From positions 102,486,001-102,550,000 of the forward strand of contig NC_079165.1 in assembly GCF_947568905.1 (NCBI RefSeq): a stretch of 64,000 nucleotides of DNA. Direction: 5' to 3'. A model generated the notes under the pieces. That model saw nothing but the letters and a program-made list of their open reading frames with translations. It was not told the DNA's origin and ran no database searches. This DNA comes from Ostrea edulis. Lineage: Eukaryota. A program made the position numbers and the translations under genes. Shown here one piece after another: positions 52,782 through 63,600 of the stretch (the first letter of the stretch is position 1; each line of letters starts with the position of its first letter).

Positions 52782-54783
52782 ATATTGGTATACGTTAACA
52801 GAGAAGTTCTACGACTTAATTGTATTCGTGCAAGGGGGTTATTGCTGTAGATGGAAACCGGAATGCCTGGAGGAAACCCGAGTGAGCGACCACAATACCC
52901 TCTCACACACATACACTGCTGATCCTAAGGACCGAACTCTGGTGGCAGAGGTGAAAAGCGATTGTTTTACATGTGTCCACTATACTGACCGGACATCGTC
53001 GTAACTGTAGAAGAATGTTCCGGGGGAAATTATACAGAGAATGCTTTTACTCAAAATCTTTAGACATTCTATAAAAAATATTGAAGTCACATATGTATCT
53101 AATAATACAGTGTTCCACCGAAATTGAATATCCAATAAAATCACTGCATGATTGCGTCAATGGGGTTATCGGGGATTTCATACTTGACGACATGTGCTTT
53201 TGATTGTACGTCTCCTGAGAGGGAAACTGTACTTTGTCCGTGTTACAAACACTACCGAAGTAGAATAAACATAAATACATGTACCTCCACGCTAGAATTA
53301 TTGAAGAAGATATTCTTGACCTCGACATATTGCTGGGAAATAAAAACCAATCCCGAAGGTTTTTCCAACAAAAATATCTTGGCCTCATAGGGGATTACTT
53401 TTCAATAAATTCTTTCTACACGTTAATTTCTGAAATGTAATGTTAAGCATTTTGGCCTCAGGGGGTATTCTTGAACAAAATCTTTGTACGCGTGAATTTC
53501 TGAAATACAATGTTGAACTATCTTTAATCATTGTAAGTGAAGAGGGATAATAAAGTGTTATTAATATCAGTAATTTCATTTCCAGAAAAAACTTCCCATC
53601 CTTCGATACATCGACATGTGTCACTTGAAAAAAGAACGATAAAAACCACCACTAATGTATTAAGGAAGAATTGTTCATGTCGATAGTTTGATAATATATT
53701 ACTGCACATTATTAAATTGACTGAAAATGATTTCAGAACCACCATTAGCTAATCAAAATTTCCTAATTGATGATAGATTCAGACCTGAAAAAATGATTGC
53801 TATCTATCCTACCATCACTTGCTTTTATTATCATGAGCTTAGATAATACTGTAATCTACGAAATATACTAGCGTGTAACATACAAAACCTTTGATGCTTG
53901 TAAAGTGCAAAAAATATATTGGTATCGCACTTTTCATGATAACCCCTTTTCAATAAAATGATATTGAAAATAAGTTTCTAGAGGTGAAACCATTGAAGTG
54001 ACTTGCAGTATGATATATTTCCTGCAATATAAATCGTGATATGTTTAAGTTGTGTAGGTTTTTTGTAGATAAAAAGAGAACGTCTCCATATGAGTGGAAT
54101 ATTCTCGTGAAAGACGTTAAACAATATAAAATTAATCAATCAATAACAAGAGAGCACTTATGTGGTGTAGTGTGTTGTTTACAGTCGTGCGCTATTTCAC
54201 AGCCAAACAACGTCCTATACCTTAACAGTATCCACAGCGGCGGGATTAGCTATTCTGTTTGATGATTTCGACGAATATAATCTTGAAGAGAAAATATATT
54301 GAAAAACGCCAGTGTGTTTGATTCATAGAATTGGAACCGTCCATCTCTACTCGGTGGCAGGTATACTATGTGGAATATTGAACTTGTACTGACGGTGAAT
54401 GTTGACAAATCATAAGTTATGAAGAAATTAATCTAGTGTATATTGTTATTTTACTGCCAACTCTTTCAATACAATGTATATGCGTTTTAAACTCAAAATA
54501 GAATGGCATCTATTTCATACATGTAACATTGAATTTTGTTCGAGATGAATAACCTTGTATAAACAGTTGTCTGATATGTAATCCGTCTGAATGGCCGCTT
54601 GATGATAGGAGAAATTTAATATTACTCAAATGCAATGTGTATAACAATGTGATATTATTTGATGAAAATTTGAATTTGTTTAGAATTGATCAGATTGGTA
54701 TTTCGAAAGGATTTTTTTTCTTCAACTTTTTCCCCATACATTCACTGTAGTTATAACATAACTCTGTTATATCATGTATACAT

Positions 54784-54995
54784 AAAAGGTGAAGATAACG
54801 AACAGTGGTCAATCTCATAAATCCCATAAGCAATGCAAAATAGATAGTTGGGCAAACATGAACCACTGGACACACCAAAGGTAGGATCAGGTGCCTAGGA
54901 GGAGTAAGCATCCCCTGTCGACCCGTCACACCCGCCGTGAGGAGTAAGCATCCCCTGTCGACCCGTCACACCCGCCGTGACCCCTATATCATGTC
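54784..54995 (-). mobile_element. Naiad-type PLE 3' fragment with ~40-bp internal duplication, just upstream of the G7 acceptor
   Basis: Shared terminus plus duplicated GGAGTAAGCATCCCCTGTCGACCCGTCACACCCGCCGTGA. Confidence 0.8.
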
Positions 54996-55026
54996 ACATC
55001 TAAATTAAAACTTTTCTTTTTTCCAG

Positions 55027-55733
55027 TTGACAGAATGTTTACGAGACAGGAAGTGCATTCATTGAATGGAAGTAAAGATGATGTTGAAAGATTGAATTCA
55101 TCACAAACTACAATACGTTCAGTGAAAAATACTGTCGAAATAATCGAACATGTACTTACCACGAGTCCAGAAAGTATTCAAAATGATGAGATGTGTAATT
55201 GTTATAATCTGTTCCTTGCCCTGCTTATATTGGGGGTCATTGTGTTGTGCCTACTAACAACAGTCTTAGTTTTGATTTACGAACTAAGAATTAATCATAA
55301 AACATATTTCTGTGTTAAAAATTCTACCGACATCCTGCAGAAAAATGTGCCGAAACGAAACAATGTGTCGAAACGAAATAATGTATCGAAACGAAACAAT
55401 GTGTCGAAAAGTACGAGGTCCAGAAACAAGAAAAGGCACTTTGGAAGAGCTGATCGTCCAGTTTCCTTCGACTCACAGATGGCCGATCATGAGGAAAACG
55501 ATTTATCCGAGGATTCCGACGGATATGTCAGACCGGAGAACCAAGACGAAAAGTACGAGTATGCAGAGGTTTTGTCTGATCTTGACGATACTGTAAATGA
55601 ACGAAATGCTTCTGAAAATCCCGTTCTGGAGTGTTCACGTTCTCAGTACTACAATTCAAAGTGCGTTGAGGAACACATCGAAGATCAAACCCCAATATAT
55701 CTTAATGTGAATTGTGGAGAATATAATGCATAA
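55027..55733 (+). CDS. G7: receptor paralog terminal exon (stalk, TM, Tyr tail); upstream exons not found
   Basis: Strong TTTTCTTTTTTCCAG acceptor in phase 1, open for 235 codons; TM LFLALLILGVIVLCLLTTVLVLIY, YVRP-x8-YAEV and C-terminal YLNV. Confidence 0.65.
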
Positions 55734-58344
55734 CATATACCCATTATTGAAACGAATTTCGAAATATGCACGATTCAAGATGTATACTTGATGATTTTTA
55801 AGCACATTTATGAAGAAACATTCCATTCTACCAATGATACATCGTCGGAAACCCACGGTTGATTACGTTGGAGAGAGGAACGAAGCGTAATCAACCGTAC
55901 GTTTCCGACGATGTCAATGATATGGTATATATTCCAAATGACACGACGCACGCGTATCTCCTAGAGATCGAAGGTCAGGGGCATATGGTCTTGACTTGAT
56001 TTCTAGAGACAACCAATGAAATATACAGAAACTATATTGGAAACATGGACTTATTTTACATCATTACGCTCCCCTCTCAATCTCTCAAGTAGCATTGAAA
56101 TACACACGTGTACGTCAGAGTACATTATCTGATGCAAACATTTCATTCGATACGTTCGCAATAAAATTGATATTTTTGATTATTTTAAAAACATTATGGA
56201 TTGAACAGGCATGATCATTTGAAAATGTGACGTCACAATTTCATTGATGACGAGAGACAGTTTTTCCCGTATGATGAGTTCATTTGTTTTTGATTGGGTT
56301 TTTTTCTGTTTTTGTTTTTTGGTTTGGTGTCGTAGTTACAATTTTGTCTATATGTCACCTTGACTGCCTACAACAGCAAGGTCTATCATACATGTAACAT
56401 TAGAATTATACCAGATGAAGACTTTCTTAAAGGTCTAGGTCAAAGCTATGACATATAAAGGTCAAATTCATTGATTAAGGTCAAATGTACCACAATAGAA
56501 CATGGCCAAACTCGGTATGTCTACTACAAACAGTATGGATTTTCTATATTATGGTTCTAATGATAGATTAATTGTTAAAAAAAATATGTCCAGTTAAGAA
56601 TATTATTTCTGCTTGTACATAAAGAAACATACCTAATTTTGTATATCAAGTATAATTATACTTTTAAACGACATCGGATAATACATGTGTTAATATAGGT
56701 TACTTCACACCAGTGACAGCATATCCAGATTTTTTTTTTTATAAAGGGTATTGCGAATCTAAATAATACCCTTTCTGTCCCTAAAGGAGGAATGTAAACC
56801 CATAGTGACACAAAATGATTATTTTTATCGCAAACAAATTTTCAAGCAAAGGGGGTTGGTTAGGAACCCTGTTGAAACCCTGTATATCTGCCATTGCTTT
56901 GCGCAAGGCAAGCATATGAAAAATAAAATGAAGAGAGCACAAAATAAAATAACCAGTGATATTTGAAAATGCTATGACCAAGAAACAGTTTGTTCCCCTT
57001 ATCAATGAAATCAACATGTAGATGAACACCAATTGACACTATCCTAATTTTAAAACATGCATCAGATTTTATATCATTAATTAAGTAATTGATATACTGT
57101 GCAGGATATTTTGCTACGGTTAATTTCCCTTAGAGGACCGACCCCACCCCATTTTCCCACAGCAAATACTTATTCATGCCAAAATACGACGACAAGCAGA
57201 ATCAAGCAACATTGCATAATAATTCAATGATGAATACTGTTTTTATGCAACAGTATCTGCATGATCCTTTCCTCCACAATTTTCTACCGAAGGAGAGAGT
57301 GGGCGAATGGAATTATGGGTATGGGACAAGACTAATTAATGCAAAGTGAACAGAAATAACCATATTGATATCCGGAATGGAGTGAAATACACTCATATGC
57401 GGAAGAAAATCATCCATATTGCTAGATATTTTGATTGTTTTTGAAAATTTATGTACTGAAAACCACCACATGGAATTCAATACAACAATATTTACATTGT
57501 TAACAAGTAAATTTGTAAAAGTTAGAAGTACAACCCAACATGTCACCTTCGTGTCGAAGTGGGGCAGAAAGAGAAATGAACGTTATTGTAGTTTTGAAAT
57601 TGTAAATTGAAGACGACTTTCATTATATTTCAGAATGTAAAGCATAGTGAAGATTTTTTTAACCTGGTCCAAACATTACGAAATTTTGTGAAATTATGCA
57701 TAGATCTTGTAGTGATTCGATTTTTATTAATAAGCTATGAATGTTTCTTTTCCAAATATGTTCTCCACATGTACTATCTGTTTCACCCATATCAACGTCA
57801 TTGTATATATGTACGTATGTTTTCATGTACCATGACATGGTTTACTGAGTGAATAAACTGACCTGACTTTCCTAATTATATACATGTATATACGTAACAA
57901 TGTGTACATCATTTCCCCGTATGCAGTTTCAGGGGGCTTTGTCCCTCGGGCCACCATCAAGGTTTCCACCACTGGAGGCCTCAAGACAATCTTCAGACAC
58001 TCAGGCGTTTACTACCCCCTCCCACCCTGTTCAGAAACTTCTGGATCCGCCTCTGTGTGAGTCTCACCTGCAGGTGGTCAGGTTATCACCTTTGGGGAAA
58101 ATCCGGTGTAAAAACTAAAATCCTACAGACGCCTATTCAGGTTGTGAGGTCTGTAAATGATGACCTGTATCAGCAACTTTGGTTTACTTGAGAAGTTATA
58201 ATTGGGTGGAAGCAATGACACAGTGACTTTAATCTTAGTAAAATTATCTAGGAATTCAGATCGGAAACCTTGACTTTGGAAGATTTCACTTTGTTATTGT
58301 GTGAATGGATCCAGGGTTTGGTTCTAAGTTAAGGTGTACAAGAA

Positions 58345-58668
58345 ATGGTATCAGGAGAACTCGTATCCAGGAGAACCCGTATCCAGGAGAACTCTTACCC
58401 AGATTTTTATGACAAAAATGACAATTTTTTTCTGTAGGAGAACTCGTACCCAGATTTATCCGATAAAATGACTATGTTTTTTCTCCGGGAGAACTCGTAC
58501 TCAGATTTTTATAATACAATTGACAAGTTTTTTCTTTGGGAGAACCCGTACCTACATTTCTATCTGATAAAATGACAAAGTTTTTCTCCAGGAGAACTCG
58601 TACCCAAATTTCTGGGTAGGAGTTCTCCTGGGTACGGGTTCTCCTGGGTACGAGTTCTCCAGAAGTCC
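58345..58668. mobile_element. Foldback/MITE-like element of GGAGAACTCGTACCCA subrepeats
   Basis: About 8 direct copies followed by 3 inverted copies (TGGGTACGAGTTCTCC). Confidence 0.65.
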
Positions 58669-58835
58669 AAGAAATGACATTGGAAGGTAAAATAAAAAAT
58701 CAACACGACAGCATCCAAACTGAAATATCCATTATCCTACTCCCTGTTTAATGAGACGGCTGTATGCATAACATTCAAGGAAGCAACATTTTGAGAAAAT
58801 CATTGAACTTTAACGAATCGTGTACAATCTACATA

Positions 58836-61625
58836 ATGAAATTTCACGACATGGATTTCCTTGTTATTTACAGTTTTCTTTTGTGTTTGATTTTTTCTGT
58901 TATACAGGCCACAGGAAAGTGTAACACGGGACAAATTGGTGAAGACAAAAAGTGAGTATTCACTGCTGATGTGAACGTTTAACATGGTTTATTGCATGCT
59001 CGGACTGTTGTTACCTTGTCGAGATACTGCCATACATGTACATGTAATTTCATTTAGTACCACCTGTCTGTGTAATCATTACCAAATATGGAGCGTCATC
59101 AAGGTCAAAGGGTGCGTTGGCTGTTCTGTCAACGTAACGAATGGGTCAACCATGTCATATTTTAGAACTTAAATCTAGTTTATTTTTTAGAACAATACAT
59201 AAAAATAAAAACATAAACAAAAACAATAAAATGTCTTTCTTTGTTGTTTCATCGGGTGATGAAGGTAGCAAGCATTGCAGAAAAAATTTGCATAATCCGC
59301 TTACGCGAGTTATACATTTTTCTGCGATGCTAGCTACAGTGTCCATTCATCACCCGATGAAACAACAAAGAAAGCAGTTTATTGTTTAAATGAAGAAAAA
59401 TGTTCATCTGAGAAGCATTAAATATTTTAAACAAAGATAAGATTTTGTTGGCATTACCAAGATGCCACAATCGAGAATGGAATTTAGAAATGCAATGTTA
59501 ATTCTATCAAAACCTCCTTACGCAGATGTGCATTGGTATGACCTGCCACTTAGTATTAATAAATATGCATTGCTTCAAGCTCATTTGTTTTACCGCTCGC
59601 GGTAGGTCAGTGGCAGAGCGTTAGCTTCGATGAAGAGCTAATAATTTACCAATGAGAGCGCGTCTTCCAATTTGGGTAATAGTTGAAACGTTTCTGTGTT
59701 TCAAAAACGATAGAAAATGCATTGTTTCTTCCTATATATTGTCGGTGCAAACCGATATTAGGTAATTTTACAAGCTATGATATTTCCCCGATCTATTGAG
59801 ACATGGACTGCGTTGTAACATTTAACGTCCAAAGTATAAAAAGGAGACGAATGGAAATTTGATGTTACAAGTTTTGGGATCCCTGATTTCCCCGTGGTGT
59901 AAATATAGAATAGATGGTGTCAAATTTTTATTAGACAAAAAGTTACTAGTCCCGTGTTGCGGCAGGCGTTTGCATGTTAAAAAACCCTCACTAATATCGT
60001 CACGAGCGTTAAGCATAGGTCCAGATTAAATTTGTGGCACTTCTTGATAGGACGTAAAACTACCAATCAATTTTTGTTTTAATCGGACTTCTTTATTCCG
60101 CTCAATAAACCATTTACTGAGAAAATACAATAAATCCGATTGTATTGCGATTGTGCAATGCAGAAAAGCAAACCTAACTAAAAATAATACATATTTTGAA
60201 TGCATATAATGATGTATAATAGATGATTGACTAAATAATATGTTTACATTTATGATAAAATCATGCATATATTTTCATAACATTATATCTACTGTATATG
60301 TCAACAGGATACTGCTAGATTTACTGAATAAGGATCCTATGAACCGCATTGCCATTCTTTAACAAAACAATATCTTGTGGACTTGTAATTTTACAATATT
60401 ATTGTATAAATTGTATTTCACTCAATCTTTTACATGAATATTACTTCCAGGTTTCCTTGCTGTACAAACTATTTTCCTGTTGAAGGAGTATGCAAAGGTA
60501 CATGTATATCTGGTGCATTCTTATAATTATTCAATCTACAAGTATATTCTATTAGTTTGATGATTTATTTAAGGAATGATTTCGAGGTGAAAATAATGCC
60601 GATATCAGATTTGTTTGGAATATGAAGACCAAATCTTACCAGAGGGGCTTGTCTTCCGGATTGTGGAAAATAAATAAAAATATGAATCCTCTTTAAAAGT
60701 ACAGTCATTCTGATAGATATGCCGAGTTTTGGCGATTAATTCATTTTCATCTTTTAATTAAACCCCCTGCACGTGGTATCACATTAATACAAGGGACGAA
60801 AGCCGCTATCTTAGAAAAAATACTTCCATTTTGTTCGGACTGCGAATCATACGGGTTCTGTTTGAATTATAAGTGGATATATAAGAATAAAATAATGTAA
60901 AGATCCTAAAACACGTTTATAAGTATGGACTATTCAAATTTCCGTGTATTTAATATATTTGTGCAAGATTATGTTTTCAATGTCGACTAAGACGATATTT
61001 TAGATATTCTATCTAATACAATCTAATACCTTAATTGATAGATTTGTAGTCTTTGGATAGGGTATTATATACGGAGATATATAGAAAAAAATATCCACTT
61101 CGTGATCAGTCGTACTTCAAACAGCTTTAACTATTGTGAATGTTTACCAATAATTCTGTCAAATATCGAGCAAAGTCTTTACAACCTGGCCAAATTTTAT
61201 TTCTGAACCTTTTTAATGCATGTATTTTTTATCAGCGTGTCCGCCTGGATTATTTGGAAATAACTGTTCCGTTCCTTGTCCACATCCTTCTTATGGTATT
61301 CGGTGCATGGGCGTGTGTAAGTGTGATAGATCACTGTGTGACGTCATCACTGGATGTCCGGACAATAACATAGACAACACAACAGGGAAAGGTATATGTA
61401 CCAGCGCTGGCCCTAACGGAACACCGTCAATATGTCATTTTGTTAGTCATTTGTTAAATATTCTCTCTCTTTTTTCAGCGTGTCCGCCTGGATTATTTGG
61501 AGGTAACTGTTCCTTTCCCTGTCGATATCCTTATTTTGGTATTCTGTGTATGGACGAGTGTAAGTGTGATAGATCACTGTGTGACGTCATCACTGGGTGT
61601 CCGGAAAAACCCACAACAGTGAAAG
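58836..61625 (+). CDS. G8: receptor paralog with signal peptide and two EGF exons; 3' exon not identified in the window
   Basis: Exons 58836-58951 (MKFHDMDFLVIYSFLLCLIFSVIQA-TGKCNTGQIGEDK, GTGAGT), 60451-60497 (FPCCTNYFPVEGVCK), 61236-61391 and 61479-61625 (CPPGLFG.NC...CDVITGCP), all in compatible phases. Confidence 0.78.
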
Positions 61626-63000
61626 GTAAATAATGTCAAATACTAATCATTAAAGCATGCATCTGATAAACATATTTACACCTCAATCAAGTTTATCTCA
61701 CACATCTATAAAGAGCAGGCTTCTACATGGTCCAATAACTTGTTATCCTTCACTCAATTTTCATTCATTTACTTTAAGATACAAATGATGATTCAAACTG
61801 GGATTCTTCGATACAAATGCTTTCATATACCGACCTTTAACGTCTACACATAATCATGCAAACTTGTTTATTACATAGGCACGAGTCACAAGTTTTCTCG
61901 CACAACACACCAGCATGTGGATGGAAGTCAAATCGAGAAAATGGGAAACATAAAGAAAAAGGGTTTGTTACATGTAACTTAAAGAATAAATACAGTTGTT
62001 GATTGATTAATAAGGGGATTCTTGGGGATGTTATTCAATGCATTACATTTTGAATGCCTTGTACAGAACGATGAGAGGTTGAGATTCCGTTAAAGATAAC
62101 ATAAACTAAAATTAAACCAAATTCAGGTCTTACTTTTTTAAAGTGTCTATTACAGCTGTTTCTGTTTTGTTTATCTACAAAACCGAAGAACAAAAATCGC
62201 AAATGAATCATTATTGAAACAACGATGTTTTGCTTAGAGAAAGCAAAACAATAAGAGGCGTACTAGACAGAAAACTCGCGAGATAGATCGCGATCGCTGT
62301 GATGTTAGACATCTGGCTCACGCAACAGAGGACAGGAGCGGATTCAGAACATTTTCAAACCAGGTTGCAAACCAGGTTTGTACCTTTTCTATCCCTAATG
62401 GGGTCGTTGAAGACCTTAAAATTGCAAAAAAAATATCATTGTTGTCAAAAATATTCAACATAATTGGAAAGGGAGTTGCAATCCTCGGAACTCCGCCATT
62501 TGAGGAGTGTACAGGTATGTACATGTGAAGTTATTGTTACTAGTTTACAATAACAGAACTCCTCTTCTAAAGTGAGTACAAAGCATGAGATGATCTTATT
62601 TTCATTCAGGTGACTGCTTGTCTTCAGAATTTTCTTTATACCTGACACCAATGTATGGTCCCATAATGGATGGTAGAGGAGTCAGGCTATGTATAAAAGG
62701 ATTGTTTTGTTTGAGATTTCAATGATACATGTACACTACATCTGAGAGAGAAGCCTATGGATCGAAAGAAAGTCAACCACTTTCAATTTTCATTAATGAA
62801 AATTCAAACTAGAATCCTTTGATACATATTTTTGTGGAATTATGAATATGACATTGGTTGATAATATCATAAATATGATTTATTTATAGTTTTTGTTCTT
62901 CGGGGAATTGGACATGCTGTAGATGGAGGTGGCAAATTGTTGAAGTACTACATGGATCATTGAGAAAGTGTTTGATATATTGGATATGTGACGGTTATGT

Positions 63001-63432
63001 GTTAATCAGTCTGAGCGCTTCTCCTCCTATCCTATACAATGCGTTGTTTTATGTGTTAATCAGTCTGAGCGCTTCTCCTCCTATCCTATACAATGCGTTG
63101 TTTTATGTGTTAATCAGTCTGAGCGCTTCTCCTCCTATCCTATACAATGCGTTGTTTTATGTGTTAATCAGTCTGAGCACTTCTCCTCCTATCCTATACA
63201 ATGCGTTGTTTTATGTGTTAATCAGTTTGAGCGCTTCTCCTCCTATCCTATACAATGCGTTGTTTTATGTGTTAATCAGTCTGAGCGCTTCTCCTCCTAT
63301 CCTATACAATGCGTTGTTTTATGTGTTAATCAGTCTGAGCGCTTCTCCTCCTATCCTATACAATGCGTTTTTTTATGTGTTAATCAGTCTGAGCGCTTCT
63401 CCTCCTATCCTATACAATGCGTTGTTTTATGT
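63001..63432. repeat. 54-bp minisatellite, 8 near-identical units
   Basis: Unit GTTAATCAGTCTGAGCGCTTCTCCTCCTATCCTATACAATGCGTTGTTTTATGT; explains ORF 62960..63442. Confidence 0.95.
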
Positions 63433-63600
63433 GGTAAATTGAGTGTTCAAAACGAATGAACATTCATCTCTTCTTGTTTTGGCTTTGTTCTAATGGAAAC
63501 AAAAATCAATGCTTTCATTTTCGTCAGTGAGGTAATAAAGCGAGTACGCCGCTGATTCACCAAAAATATTGCCCTCGTATAATCCAATCTCCTCAAACCT

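Noticed and set aside
53148-53390. Cys-containing ORF as the missing G7 ectodomain
   Set aside because: Cys spacing does not match the family pattern and there are no suitable splice sites.
62960-63442. 160-aa hydrophobic repeat ORF
   Set aside because: Produced entirely by the 54-bp tandem repeat, with a TTG start and no independent support.
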